A stretch of DNA of 64,000 bases, from NCBI RefSeq assembly GCF_006345805.1, contig NC_043017.1:26226001-26290000 (forward strand), read 5' to 3'. The position numbers were made by a program, and so were the translations under genes. The DNA comes from Octopus sinensis (taxonomy: Eukaryota). A model generated the notes under the pieces. It did no database searches. It was given only the letters and a program-made list of their open reading frames with translations, and had not been told where the DNA came from. Below are positions 13,323 to 27,741 of this stretch, piece by piece (position 1 is the first letter of the stretch; each line of letters opens with the position of its first letter).

Positions 13323-13844
13323 TGAGGCGCCTGCGCCGGTATAAATCTCTCAGTTGAGTCAATGTTCGCCTCCATTTCTAGCGAATCTTTAATACAATTG
13401 CTTTTTCCTCATTAGTGAAACAAATGGAAAAAGCAAATATCAAATATTTATTTATCTGATTAGCTTTTCATTCTTGCACTGTTTCGTTAACTCATCAAGT
13501 TATTTATTGACGCATACCCCTGCTATTTCAATCAAATAGATTTCTTCAGCTGGTGATAGAAATGCTTAACTCTAAATTATATCGCTGACATCAGTGCCGA
13601 GACAAAAGGAGTTTTAGCAAGGTATATATCATAGGAAATTTCTTTAGAAAACAGATATTATCATTTACTTTGAATTAGATAAGCAAGTGAAAGAAGATGA
13701 AGTAAGAGGAGTTGTGGTTGTACAAGTAAGGCTGGAAGTATTAGCAATAGCAGTCGTCGGGTACAAGTGTGGTAGTGTGGAATCCATGACTGTTTGTTGA
13801 CAAATTTTTCCGCTTTCTAAGGGTAATTTACCTATTTCTTTATT

Positions 13845-14066
13845 ACCCACAAGGGGCTAAACATAGAGGAGACAAAGAAGGACAGACATAGGTATTAAGT
13901 CGATTACATCGATCCCAGTGCGTAACTGGTACTTAATTTATCGACCCCGAAAGGATGAAAGACAAAGTCGACCTCGGCGGAATTTGAACACGGAACGTAA
14001 CGACAGACGAAATACCGCTAAGCTTTTCGCACGGCGTGCTAACTTTTCTGCCAGCTCGCCGCCTCT
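13845..14066 (-). mobile_element. tRNA-derived SINE, family B
   Basis: Minus strand reads GGCGGCGAGCTGGCAGAAA..GTTCAAATTCCGCCGAGGTCGACTTTGTCTTTCATCCTTTCGGGGTCGATAAATTAAGTACCAG..TTTAGCCCCTTGTGGGTAATAAAG. At least 6 clear copies occur in the window. Confidence 0.87.
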
Positions 14067-15864
14067 ATCTAAGGGTAATTTACCGAATACTTCTCTTGTT
14101 CTAACGGCGTTCTTGAGTTCGAAAATACATCATCATCTTATGTGCACTTGTATAGATACATTGTCGGTGTCATATATTTAGTGCATGTGTTTTGCTTATG
14201 CGCACATTGAACGCAGGAAACCTTCAGATAGAGATCCTTTTAAGATGTCGATATGATTTTTTAGAAGTGAACACTGAATACTAGAAACCAAACGGTACAT
14301 CTCACCCCGTTGGTGATCAAGAACGATGGATATCAATACTTCACTGATTTTGTTGCTCCAAAGAAATGCATCTTCGAGTCACTTCGGTACGAATTGCTGT
14401 CATTGTATTTCGACCATGTTGGGGCACCACTTACAGGATTTTTATTGGCACGAACCGATCCAAGTACTAACCGCACAAGAGCAGCAAAATTAAATTCTAC
14501 GTAAGAAGCAACGCTAATAATGAAATTATTATCACTGACACATATTCAATATGTTCTGTTTTTGCGTTCATAGCTGAATAATAACGAAAGAAGGAAAGAT
14601 ACTGGATAATGGCATACAAACATAAGCTCTGAATACGCAAAACAAACTGACAATTGGCTTCATAGGAGGACGAGATCAATGAATATCGATTTTCCGTTGA
14701 TTTTTTTTTTTTTTTTTGCAAACACTATATCTTAAATAGATTTTCCCCTCTGCCGCTGTCCCGAGGTAACTGTGCGCTCAATCAAAACACACAAGAAATC
14801 AAGAAAACTCAGGCGTCAAGCTGGCTGAGTCGAGAACATGTCAGTGCAAATAATTAGAGGCATTTCGGCCTCTGAGTTAAAATTTCGACATGGTCAATTA
14901 CTTTTTTATTCTATAAGGTCCGATGAAATTTGTATTAGCTGAGTACTGAGGTAATTGACTTGCCCCCACTTAAAGAAAAAGGCCTTGTGTCTATATTACA
15001 AATACTTTTGTCAGTCATAAGAAAGTTAGCAGGCTGAAATTTCGAAGTCACTGTTAACCTTCTTATATACATATATATATACATAAATGAATAAATAATT
15101 ACATACATAGAAAAATGAAAAGGTGGAACCCGTCTCTTTCTGTATTCAGAAGAAATCTTCAGATAAAACTTGATAATGATATACATACATATATAAACAT
15201 AGTTTTTTATCTTTTCACTCTCTAATTGTGGAGTCAATGTATTGCGGCTATGCTGGGGCACTTTTTTCAGGAATTTTAGTTAAATGAATCGATCCCGAAG
15301 ATGTATAGAAACCACACACACACACACACACACACACGCATACGCACCCGCACGCACGCACGCACGCACGCACATGCACAACTACGCGCACACACACGTA
15401 TATATACGAATATATACGTTGATATACGTTTGAATATTTTTGCTCCTTTTCTCCATTGTTTTCTTTAAATGCTATTAATTGTTATGAGAATTTAGCAACA
15501 TGAAACTCATATTTGTATTAGCTCCATAACTACTGCTATGGATGCATTTGGCTGGATAATAATCAAGATATTTCCTTCGTACTCACACAATCCTAAGTTC
15601 TGTGTGTTCCTCGAAAAACACAGGCATAAACTCGGTGAGCATATATGTGAGTGTGTGTGTGTGGGAGTATTTTATCCCTGTGTATGGCAGTCTATCTAGT
15701 ATCTATTTCCACATATGAATGTGTGGTAAACATACATAAGCATAGACATATATATATATATATATATAAGGTTAATCCAAACGGGAAAACAGAAAAAAAC
15801 AACAACACGTGGAACAATTACAGTATTATTATTATTAGGCGCTCAGGAAAATGGAAGAAGGAGG

Positions 15865-15960
<96 letters not shown>

Positions 15961-16027
15961 ATGTACATACATACATAAATATCTATATCTAACTATATAT
16001 CTACCTATCTATGTATGTATGTATGTA

Positions 16028-16067
<40 letters not shown>

Positions 16068-17211
16068 CACACATACGTATATATATATGCGTGTGTATGT
16101 GTGTGTTTATGCGTGTATTACACCAATATTTTCCTGTGATATATCAAATACAAACGGTTGTTGTTCTTATGAGATTCCATACTTAAAACCTCCTTAGAAC
16201 AAAGGAATATATTGCGATAATAGAACCCAAAATGTTCGCCATGAGATAACTCTTCAAATGGATCCTTCACTTATTTTTTTTTATATTTCCGCTTATATTA
16301 TATATTTTAAATATATTTGTTTAAAGCCCCCCGTTTTGCTATTTTACTTGCAATTCTAAACAATACAAGTAATTCACCACTTCGTAATATGACATTGTAT
16401 TTTAATTAATGTCATGCTATTTCGTAAATCCTTAATTATTGCTGAAAGAAAACTGTCAGTAATTAGCGTACCATGATGAAATTATCAGAGAAGCACATAT
16501 TGCCGCAGTTCCCTTGTCATTGTTAATTACTTATTTGCCGGATTATTTTAATTTTTATTTTTTGGTATTTCCTCCTCGTTGACTCCCTTGTTTCATTTCC
16601 TCTTTTACATATTTTTTTTCCACTTTTCTTCTCCATTGTTTTCTTTAAATGCTATTAATTGTTATGAGAATTTAGCAACATGAAACTCATATTTGTATTA
16701 GCTCCATAACTACTGCTATGGATGCATTTGGCTGGATAATCCTCAAGATATTTGTTTCGTAATCACACAGTCCTTAGTTCGATTTCACTGTATGGGACGA
16801 CTCGTTGCTGCTCTCTGAACTGATTTCCACGATTTCGTTCCAAGAAAATACAGTGATTGTTAAAATAAAATATATTTACTGATTCAGATCGGAACAACTG
16901 TATGTAAGCTTATTGAAAAAACATTCTTGGTAGTGATGATGGGTCCGTCAGCGATTTCAACGATCATAATTGCTGTATTTGGTGATCTGAAGGTCTGAGG
17001 CATCATACTAACGTCTGAATGATTAAGTGTATCCACAAGTGTATAAAAAAAATGTCATTTCAAGAGCTGTAAGTGTACGGACTTTTTGAGCATGTTGCAT
17101 TAAATAGCTATATTTTACCAAAGGAAATAAATGAGGTGAAACAGAATTATGAAGAAAATTGATTCAATTACAATCTGGCTTGTATACCCACATACAAACA
17201 GCCGCATGCCT

Positions 17212-17509
<298 letters not shown>

Positions 17510-18344
17510 AGTGTTGTGTATGTTATCTTTTATATAAAACAGAAACAAGGTGTGTTTTAATATCCACATCTGGAAAGCATTTCGCCCATTGCTGTGGTCC
17601 TATTTGAAATAAGGACGCACGAACCTCGAGAAAGATCACATGAAATTCAAACAGCCGTCCTAACGAGACTCCTAACTTGCCGTTCTCAGCTGAAATATAT
17701 TTTCCCATATATAACAGAAACACATATACAGAAGGTTTGTCTATCATATCGACTACTGTACAGGATACAGTTCATATCCGATTGTGTATTTAATATCTGT
17801 TATCAGCATCAACGCAACAAAATGTAAATATCTGTTGAATTTTCACACCATATACAAATATATGAACAATTTGTCTTGAGACGTTGGGAGACAAGTACTT
17901 TTGTAACCAGATAAAAGTACAATTTGTTACCAATAAACAACGTGATGATCTAACGTTTAACTAAATTTAGTTTCAAAAATTGGATTTGTAATGCGGGCTA
18001 TTATGTCTGGAGAGGCAAAGCCGTGTTTACGCAGCAAGTACAATAGAGAAAGGATATATGACAAACCATGAATTAATCCGAGACATTGACAGTTCACATC
18101 AACTATGCAAATTCTCAAAGTTCGTTTATATTATACCACAATGTAGCACTTAAGAGCAATGAAACAAACTGTATTATGTATTACAGTGACAGTCCGATAT
18201 TATTCATAAGAATACAAGCCGCACATATTCGGCTGTTTGTATTGAACATGTTGCTAAAAATTTCCAGCTTTCAGAATTCAGTATTATATATTACGGAATT
18301 TTAGATTGATTCCAGTTTGTTTATTTCATATTTTGTTCACTTTG

Positions 18345-18580
18345 TTCCTTCTCGAACCACGTCTGGTTCATAAGGGCTGGTTTCCCGGTTTCCTTGGCGT
18401 ATAGGTTCCCAAGGAGGAAAGAGTGGAAGAAAGTTGTGGCGAAAGAGTCAGCAGAAGTTCGCCATTACCTTCTGCCAGAGCCACGTAGAGCTTAGGTGTT
18501 TCGCTCATAAACACATACATCGCCCGGTCTGAGATTCGAACCCGTGAGTCCGCTGCTCTAGCCACTAGGTCATGTGCCTC
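18345..18580 (-). mobile_element. SINE family D variant with alternative 3' tail
   Basis: Same head and body as 11808-12172, but the tail reads GAAACCGGGAAACCAGCCCTTATGAACC..TCGAGAAGGAACAA. Confidence 0.7.
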
Positions 18581-20594
18581 CACACATTTCAAATTATTAG
18601 TCATGAAATAAGTAAAATATACAAACTACATTATCTGTTTTGGAAACACATTCCAGCTTTGAAATGTTATTTCATTCACTGACGTGAAATAGGTGATTAA
18701 ATTTAGTCTATATCTTTGAATGTATCCTTGCTGCTCCATATGTGCATGTACAATCTCATTTAGAGCTTCCACTTTTTCACAAGAATAGCGTCTTTGAGAA
18801 AGTTATACTACACACTGGAAGGTATCTCCCTTCTCCCCACGTAACATTCAGCAGCTCGACTTTTTGAGTTGTTAACTATGAAATTAAAACGACATGAATA
18901 ACAAAGGAACGGGTGTTATTAACTTAAATCTCACCCCGAATTAACCTTAAATGTGACAATCCTGTATCTTTCATTTGCAGATATTCACCGCGAAAAAAAA
19001 ACCGAGAAATGTTTCATTTATCGACCCCCAAATGTTGAAATGCAATGTGGCATTGGATTTACTAGAAATAAAAAAAAAACCTCCCAGAACAGAAAATAAA
19101 TATCCCAATACTTTGTATCTGAGGACATTACGAATCAGTCGATAGAAGTGTTTTACTGAACAGATTATGAAACGCAGCTCAAGATAATTCTATATTCCAA
19201 CACCGCAATACACATCAGCGAATTAAAAGAATGATTCTAAAACGTATTAAAACTGTCAAACTGTAATTGTTTAAATCATTATTCCGTGAAACTGTCTGCA
19301 ACGATATTAGCGATGGTGTCACATCAGTCGTCGCAGTAAAATTCTACAACAAAAGCAGTTGTAAAATCGATATAGTTAAGAAAATATATACGCAAATAAA
19401 AAAAACATAAAAAAGAAATATACAAGAGAAAAGGACAGGAAAACAAATAGCAAGGCAAGGAATTCTACAGGCGATGATGTAAATTTTGTAAAGACGATTT
19501 TTATTCAGGGAATAAAAACGTATTTATTGAATATTCATAAATATTATCCCGTATTTGTCAACGACAAACAGATGTTTCTGTCTTTAGGCGGTAAATATTG
19601 TTGTTGATGTTACGATCTTCTTTCTATCGTCGGAGCTATTGGAGTTCTTAATGATGTTTCTAATTGTAATGCTCGCGTAGAATTACTCACCACGTCAGTT
19701 ATCTTTGCAAATGTTATACATGCTAATTTACTTTGTACTTTGTTGGTCAATAAGGTGCCATCAGAAATATACATACACTTATACCTGTGTTTGCGTCTGT
19801 GTATGTATGTATATACAAACATATATATAATATATATTATATATATATATATCTAGATATATATATATATATATATATATATACATGCATAATATATATA
19901 TATATATATATTGAGAGAGAGAGAGAGGTATGTATATATATATATATATTATTAATATATATATATATATATATATAGATGAAGGAATTCATATTTCCCT
20001 CCAAGATTACCATATACGTCAAAAGATAGTACCTTAGAAAGAAAACTGCAGTTTGCTATAGGGGGGTGAAATAATCTTACATGTATATGGTAAAAGATTA
20101 TAATTGAATAATAATAAATTTTACTAAGTAGTTTCGGTATGGAAAGAGAACCATTACCGGTAGAAACTCTTACAAAAAGTTGTTTTTTGTATATATATAT
20201 ATATATAATTAAATATTATTAAGGGTTTAGCAACAAGTTGATTCAACACATACCAAAAAATTAGAAACAGCAGCCAAAAGACAGCTAAGTCCTTTTCACT
20301 AGAGATATGCCTCCACAGATAACAATATTTGTAACTCTCATAGGCAGAAAGAAGAAAATATAACGAAATCAAACAGTCTTCGGTTAATTATGGACGCCTC
20401 GGTATGCAAGGTGTAGGATTCTAGAATATTTAAATGGATAATTCTCGAAATCTTATGTTGATGACGGAAATGAATTTGTATAATTCTAATCCAGAAACGC
20501 GTCGATTCATTTGACTAAAATTCCAAGGCGGTGCTCCAGCATGGTCGCATTCTAATGACTAAAACAAGTAAATGAATAACATGTATGTATCTCT

Positions 20595-20997
20595 TTCTCT
20601 TTTCTCTTTTTACTTGTTTCAGTCATTTTGACTGCGGCCATGCTGGAGCACCGCCTTTAATCGAGCAACTCGACCCCGGGACTTATTCTTTGTAAGCCCA
20701 GTACTTATTCTATCGGACTCTTTTGCCGAACCGCTAAGTGACGGGGACGTAAACACACCAGCATCGGTTGTCAAGCAATGCTATGGGGACAAACACAGAC
20801 ACACAAGCATATACACACACATACATATATATACATATATACGACAGGCTTCTTTCAGTTTCCGTCTACCAAATCCAGTCACAAGGCTCTAGTCGGTCCG
20901 AGGCTACAGTAGAAGACAGTTGCCCAAGGTTCCACGCAGTGGGACTGAACCCGGAACCATGTGGTTGGTAAACAAGCTACTTACCAAATAGCTACTC
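20595..20997 (-). mobile_element. SINE family A
   Basis: Reverse complement is colinear with 1916-2323. Confidence 0.87.
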
Positions 20998-21831
20998 GTA
21001 TATATGTATGTACGTGTATATATATATATATACCCAGATGTTCACACGGACCAACGGCCCACACTTAAGAATATATACCTAAATACTCGACACAAAAGCA
21101 TGGGCTAAAATAGATATAAAGAATGCAAGATAGGTACCAGTGCATATTCACTTCGACGTAAACCGCAGAAACGAATACGATCACACGATATAAAATATAA
21201 ATTTATAATATCAAGTAAAAACGTAATGATACTAGAACAGAGAAGAACAGAACGTAGTTGCAAGTACGTTTGCACTTAGATGTAAATCCGGCAAACGAAT
21301 ATGATTGTGCGAGATAACAGTGAATATATATGAAGCACATATTTAGAGACAAAAGAATAAAAAATATGTATATACATATTCGCAAAACTACGCTGGAATT
21401 TAATCAAAGGAAGCCAACAATAACCAATTGCGTGGCAAAAAATCCCAAATGAATAAACTGATAAGACGCAAGTGAATAAAGATATATATTTATAGATGCA
21501 TAATTGAATATATACAAACAAGGCCGCACCTTCACTCCTATATACGTGTGAGGTCGTAGTCGTATATTGCGGTGAAACGTGAAGGCTTTTTTTTAAGGAA
21601 GATGAAATAGGATTAAAGAAAATATTCGGAGGAGATTGAAAGTAACTGATGCAAGAAGTTGTCGATTGGAAGCGAGTAATGTGGGAGGCATACTAATCTC
21701 ATTGAGACCCTCAATCGTATCGGGATGAAGTAGAATCCATAGCCCGGTACACTTGTTTTAAAATTGTTTTACTTATAGACCAAGCAGGAAAATATATTTC
21801 TCCAACACGTAAATGCTGAACAATATATATA

Positions 21832-21952
21832 TATTTCTCGTTTATAATCACCCCACACTACTGTATTGGTTAACACCATATAGTTTTCTGGTGCATCTAA
21901 GTTAAGTACCATATTCAAGTGAATTCATTAGAATTGACTTGAATCTTAATTG

Positions 21953-21960
<8 letters not shown>
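21832..21960 (+). mobile_element. 3' fragment of HHR family HH2 element
   Basis: TTTCTCGTTTATAATCACCCCACACTACTGTATTG..GGTGCATCTAAGTTAAGTACCATATTCAAG..CTTGAATCTT matches the reverse complement of 31297-31420 and ends in (TA)n. Confidence 0.75.
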
Positions 21961-21992
<32 letters not shown>

Positions 21993-21995
<3 letters not shown>

Positions 21996-22388
21996 TAGCA
22001 GTATCGCCCGGCGTTGCTCGGGTTTGTAAGGGAAATAACTATATAAGCATTTTTAGAGATGTAAAGTATAATAGCCATCTCAATATGGGTAACCACAAAG
22101 GGGGGGGTACTGTAGCTTTTTACGTTCTGAGATTTAATAATAAATTTTTAGAGAGTTACTTCCCTTCTATATGCCAAAGATGCATTAAAAATGGGAAAAA
22201 TTGATGGTAATTTTTTTAAAAATCGTAGACTCATCGTAGATGCGCGCTAATAGCCTGAAGGGCTCGATATGAATCACGACTATAAGATACCCGCTTTTGG
22301 TTAAACTGCACCGCAAAATGTGGGAGTAGTTAGGAATCTAAATCGTAGGAGACAGACAGCACACAACCTCACTTTTATATATAAAGAT
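21993..22388 (+). mobile_element. Non-autonomous Helitron-like element (Lep1-like organisation)
   Basis: Starts TACTAGCAGTATCGCCCGGCGTTGCTCGGG (5' hairpin) and ends GACAGACAGC..CTCACTTTTATATATAAAGAT, within TA tracts. The assignment rests on recalled family organisation. Confidence 0.6.
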
Positions 22389-23488
22389 ATATATATAAAG
22401 GATAAAATACTTTTAAGAGCATAAAAATATGCCGGCTGCCAGCTATGAGCTTGCCGGCAAATGTTTGTTTACTATTGACGTAATTATTTTAGTTGGTTCA
22501 ATCATTTGATTGCGGCCATACTGTAGCATTGGTTGGGGGAGGGGGGCTTTAGCTGAGGGAATCGATCCAAAGAATTATTTTCTATATGCTTACTACTTAT
22601 TCTACCCAACTCTGTTGCTGAACCGCTAAGTTACGGGGATGTAAACACACCAACAACAGATGTCAAGCGATGACAGGGGGCAACAACAGACACAAAATCA
22701 CACACATATGCATCCATCCATCCATCCTTCCATACATACATACATGTCTATATTTATATCAAGAAACAAAGGTTATTTAGATAAATTTTTATTTTAGTTA
22801 TTTACACTATTTTACGCTTGTTTATCTTCATAGACATTCAAAGTTCACAAATTTCCTTATTTCAATTATGAATCTTATTCCTTTCAATAATATCAATATG
22901 ATAGCAAAACTTCTTTGTAGACGATATTTTCTGTTAAGTCTACAATAATTTAAAAATTTCTGTGGTCCGTTTGTCCTAGTCATTACGGCGTATAAGTGAC
23001 CGTGTGTAAACATCGGACTAAAAAGTACATCTGCACGATCTAAAGTCCGACCCTGTGGCTTGTTTCCTGTGAATGCACGGTGGGAAGCAAAGGGTTAATA
23101 TCTAAACTTCTAAACCCTCTAAAGTCACGAAGTATACGGGGGTGAAATTCATCTCCGGAATTATAACAAGAGCATAGAAAAGAAAAAAATCAAAGGTGAT
23201 TTATTAATACAAAACCCATTATCGTTAACTGTTCATACATTGATTAAAGATGAGCAAAAGCCATCGAAATTATTCCGTAATAAAGCTATCCTAAAACTAT
23301 CATAATCCCGAAAAACCTCGTGACCATCGTTCCTGCCGTTTGACCGTGAAGAGAGTAGAAACAGACAGAAGCAAATACCGCCTGTTATCTTAAGATATGT
23401 ATATATATATATGTATATATATACTTATGCATGGACATGTTTGATTGTCTCACATACACACACACATATATAAGTATATACACACACG

Positions 23489-23720
23489 AGGCGGTGAGCC
23501 GGCAGAAACGTTAGCATGCTGGGCGAAATGCTTTGTGGTATTTCGTCCGCCGCTGCGTTCTGAGTTCGAATTCCGCCGAGGTTGACTTTGCCTTTCATCC
23601 TTTCGGGGTCGATTAAATAAGTACCAGTTACGCACTGGGGTCGATGTAATCGACTTAATCTGTTTGTCTATCCTTGTTTGCCCCTCTGTGTTTAGCCCCT
23701 TGTGGGTAGTAAAGAAACAG
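23489..23720 (+). mobile_element. SINE family B
   Basis: GAGGCGGTGAGCCGGCAGAAACGTTAGC..GAGTTCGAATTCCGCCGAGG..TTTAGCCCCTTGTGGGTAGTAAAG. Confidence 0.87.
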
Positions 23721-23800
23721 GATATCTTTGTCTCTCTCTATCTATCAATTCCTGTCTGTCTATTTGTCTGGTTTATCTCCCTGTCTCACTTTCTCTGTGC

Positions 23801-23849
<49 letters not shown>

Positions 23850-23852
<3 letters not shown>

Positions 23853-24062
23853 TCAGCAAAATTTTGATTCAAATGAATATGGCACTTAAGTTAGATGCAC
23901 CAGAATTCTCTATGGTGTTATCCATATAAACCAATGGGGTGATTATAATCAAAATAAGCAACAAAAAAAAGTTGTAATACTTACAACATTTAATAAAATG
24001 ATGTAGTGCGAAACGATCGTACCAAATTACCGAAGTTATTCTTGTTGCCTATTTTGATTATA
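23850..24062. mobile_element. Truncated fold-back copy of HHR family HH2
   Basis: 23850-23970 is homologous to 31297-31430. Inverted arms TATAATCAAAATAAGCAACAA / TTGTTGCCTATTTTGATTATA. The HHR 3' half GAAACGATCGTA is retained at about 24009-24020. Confidence 0.7.
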
Positions 24063-24072
24063 TATATATATA

Positions 24073-24472
24073 CTCTTTTACTCTTTTACTTGTTTCAGTC
24101 ATTTGACTGCAGCCATGCTGGAGCACCGCCTTTAATCGAGCAACTCGACCCCGGGTCTTATTCTTTTTGTAAGCCCAGTACTTTTTCTATCGGTCACTTT
24201 TGCCGAACCGCTAAGTAACGGGGACATAAACACACCAGCATCGGTTGTCAAGCAATGCTAGGGGGACAAACACAGGCACACATACACATATATATATATG
24301 CATATATACGACAGGCTTCTTTCAGTTTCTGTCTACCAAATCCACTCACAAGGCATTGGTCGGCCCGAGGCTATAGTAGAAGACACATGCCCAAGTTGCC
24401 ACGCAGTGGGACTGAACCCGGAACCATGTGGTTGGTTAGCAATCTACTTACCACATAGCCACTCCTGCGCCT
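24073..24472 (-). mobile_element. SINE family A, full length
   Basis: Reverse complement is colinear with 1916-2323. Confidence 0.88.
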
Positions 24473-24512
24473 ATATATATATATATATATATATATCTCA
24501 CTCTCTCTTTCC

Positions 24513-24548
<36 letters not shown>

Positions 24549-25036
24549 ATGTGTGTTTGTGTCTGTGTGTGTTCATAAATATTCCTGTATATATCAGCTC
24601 TGATGATAATTAAAGAGTATTATAGAGAATAAAGAGCGACTCGTTATGTACATTGACATTTAAATTAATTTATATTTCATTCAGATTCCGTTGGAGAAAA
24701 TTCCAGTACGTCATCTTCATGTTATTCAATGCTTCTCTCCTGATTAAATTCGTCACTGAAATATTAGAGATTATATAATTCTGTATTCACCATTTTACAT
24801 CTGTAATTTAGAAGTTTTGATTCTTGAATTATGTGTCATTTAATTATTTGTTTTTGAAACGCATTCATATATTTCAATCAGCTTTCACAACGACATTTAA
24901 TCTTCCATATAATTTGCAAGCTATTTCGTTGTAATGATATTTGTAAAATTTGATTGAGATCTTTAAAGTTTTCGTCACGTAATGATTATTTCAGTAGTTG
25001 TGTGTGTCTCTCTCTTTCTCTCTCTCTCTATATATA

Positions 25037-26345
<1,309 letters not shown>

Positions 26346-26579
26346 ATTAAAAGACACTTGAGCAAGCTACCAAGCGATGCGAATGAAACCGGTACAATGG
26401 GTTTGTATAGCAATCTCTTCTCCACACAGCCACGCCTACAGCTATACATGCATCCATATATAAACATGTATAATATATATTTATCGTTTCCAGCTAAAGT
26501 CATATTATGTAGAGACTTGAACCTCGTTGCAGCTGGGTGGCATTGTTGAGTATTTCGAGTGGATATCATATCTTCACAG

Positions 26580-26940
26580 TTATCTACGCCTTTGCTAAGT
26601 AGAGATATTTATTGCATTTATTTGTTTGTCCGTAGACGGGATGTCTCAAGAACCACTGGATGGATTCGGATGAAACTTTCAGAGGTGTTTGACCGCATGA
26701 CTGGCTCGAAGTGAGTAGATTTTCATATCGATCAGATACCGGACAATGATTCTGAATTAATTTTTCCGTTGATTTTTCTTAATTTTTGAGAGCGGTCGGT
26801 TTCATTTTTAGTATTCATGCTTTTGAGAGCAGTCGAGTTTGTTTCAGATATTCTCATCTTGAAAATCCCCTCTAGCTAATCATTGTGAGGACGTTAGTGT
26901 TGCCTTGGCGGGGGCCTGCACTCTTTGTGTGCTCTTGTTC
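26580..26940 (+). mobile_element. Helentron-associated non-autonomous element (HINE/DINE-1-like)
   Basis: 5' degenerate CCTTTGCTAAG followed by TTTGTTTGTCCG..TCTCAAGAACCACTGGATGGATTCGGATGAAACTTTCAG. The 3' subterminal inverted repeat and hairpin CCTTGGCGGGGGCCTGCACTCTTTGTGTGC end in CTTGTT. Confidence 0.65.
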
Positions 26941-27265
26941 GAATTTGTTTTAATATTTCGTATTTAGAAATAATTTCGTATTGATTTCTAAATTAATTTT
27001 GTGCTTCTGTTGACTCACCGTATGAATTTTACTTGAAATATATATCCTGCATTAATTAAATTCATAGAGGATGATTCTTCATTTTCTTTTTCGTATTTAT
27101 AGAGCTAAATCTACCTTTTCTCTCGGGGTTAGCCTTTCAACGAACATAAAACATTCATCTTAACTCTCATATAGCAAAGCTGTATAACTTGTATGAGCTG
27201 TATAACTCGTACTGATAACCAAAGAAGAAATTAATCAGATATTCAATCATACAGAATCTAATCAT

Positions 27266-27393
27266 GATATGTACTGCATTCTCCTAACACTATCTTTGAT
27301 ATGTACTGCATTTCTCCTAACACTATCTTTGATATGTACTGCATTTCTCCTAACACTATCTTTGATACGTACTGCATTTCTCCTAACACTATC
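27266..27393. repeat. 33-bp minisatellite x4 (GATATGTACTGCATTTCTCCTAACACTATCTTT), with a fifth copy at 27742-27778
   Basis: Direct reading; it flanks the RTE insertion like a target-site duplication. Confidence 0.92.
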
Positions 27394-27741
27394 GGAGGGC
27401 AGAAGAAGCGCTACAAGGATAGTCTCAAGGTCTCTCTCAAAGACTTCTCCATCGGAACAGAGACCTGGGAGACACTTGCTGCCAACCGCTCATCCTGGCG
27501 CAGCGCAATCACCGTGGGAGCAGGGACAGCCGAAGAGGGATGGATTCGATCAGCGGAGCAGAAACGTCAGATGCGTAAAGCCAGAGCCGCCTGCACCAGT
27601 AGCACGGCCCCTACCCACTTCTGCCCCACCTGTGGGAGGGGCTCCCTTGCCCGGATTGGCCTCACCAGCCACCTCAGGTCTCATGGCGGCAGTTCCATCA
27701 GATGATGTCAGTTGGTCATCTTCGAACCGAAGGACGAACAT
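27394..27741 (+). mobile_element. 5'-truncated RTE-clade LINE 3' end
   Basis: Open frame GGQKKRYKDSLKVSLK..WETLAANRSSWRSAI..HFCPTCGR..RIGLTSHLRSH* is a typical RTE C-terminus with a C2H2 finger. The 3' UTR is GTCATCTTCGAACCGAAGGACGAAC, and the insert is markedly GC-rich versus its flanks. Confidence 0.9.

Noticed and set aside
20115-20175. Hairpin with GAAAC..GTA on the minus strand as an HHR half
   Set aside because: No CTGANGA (or compensated variant) precedes stem II.
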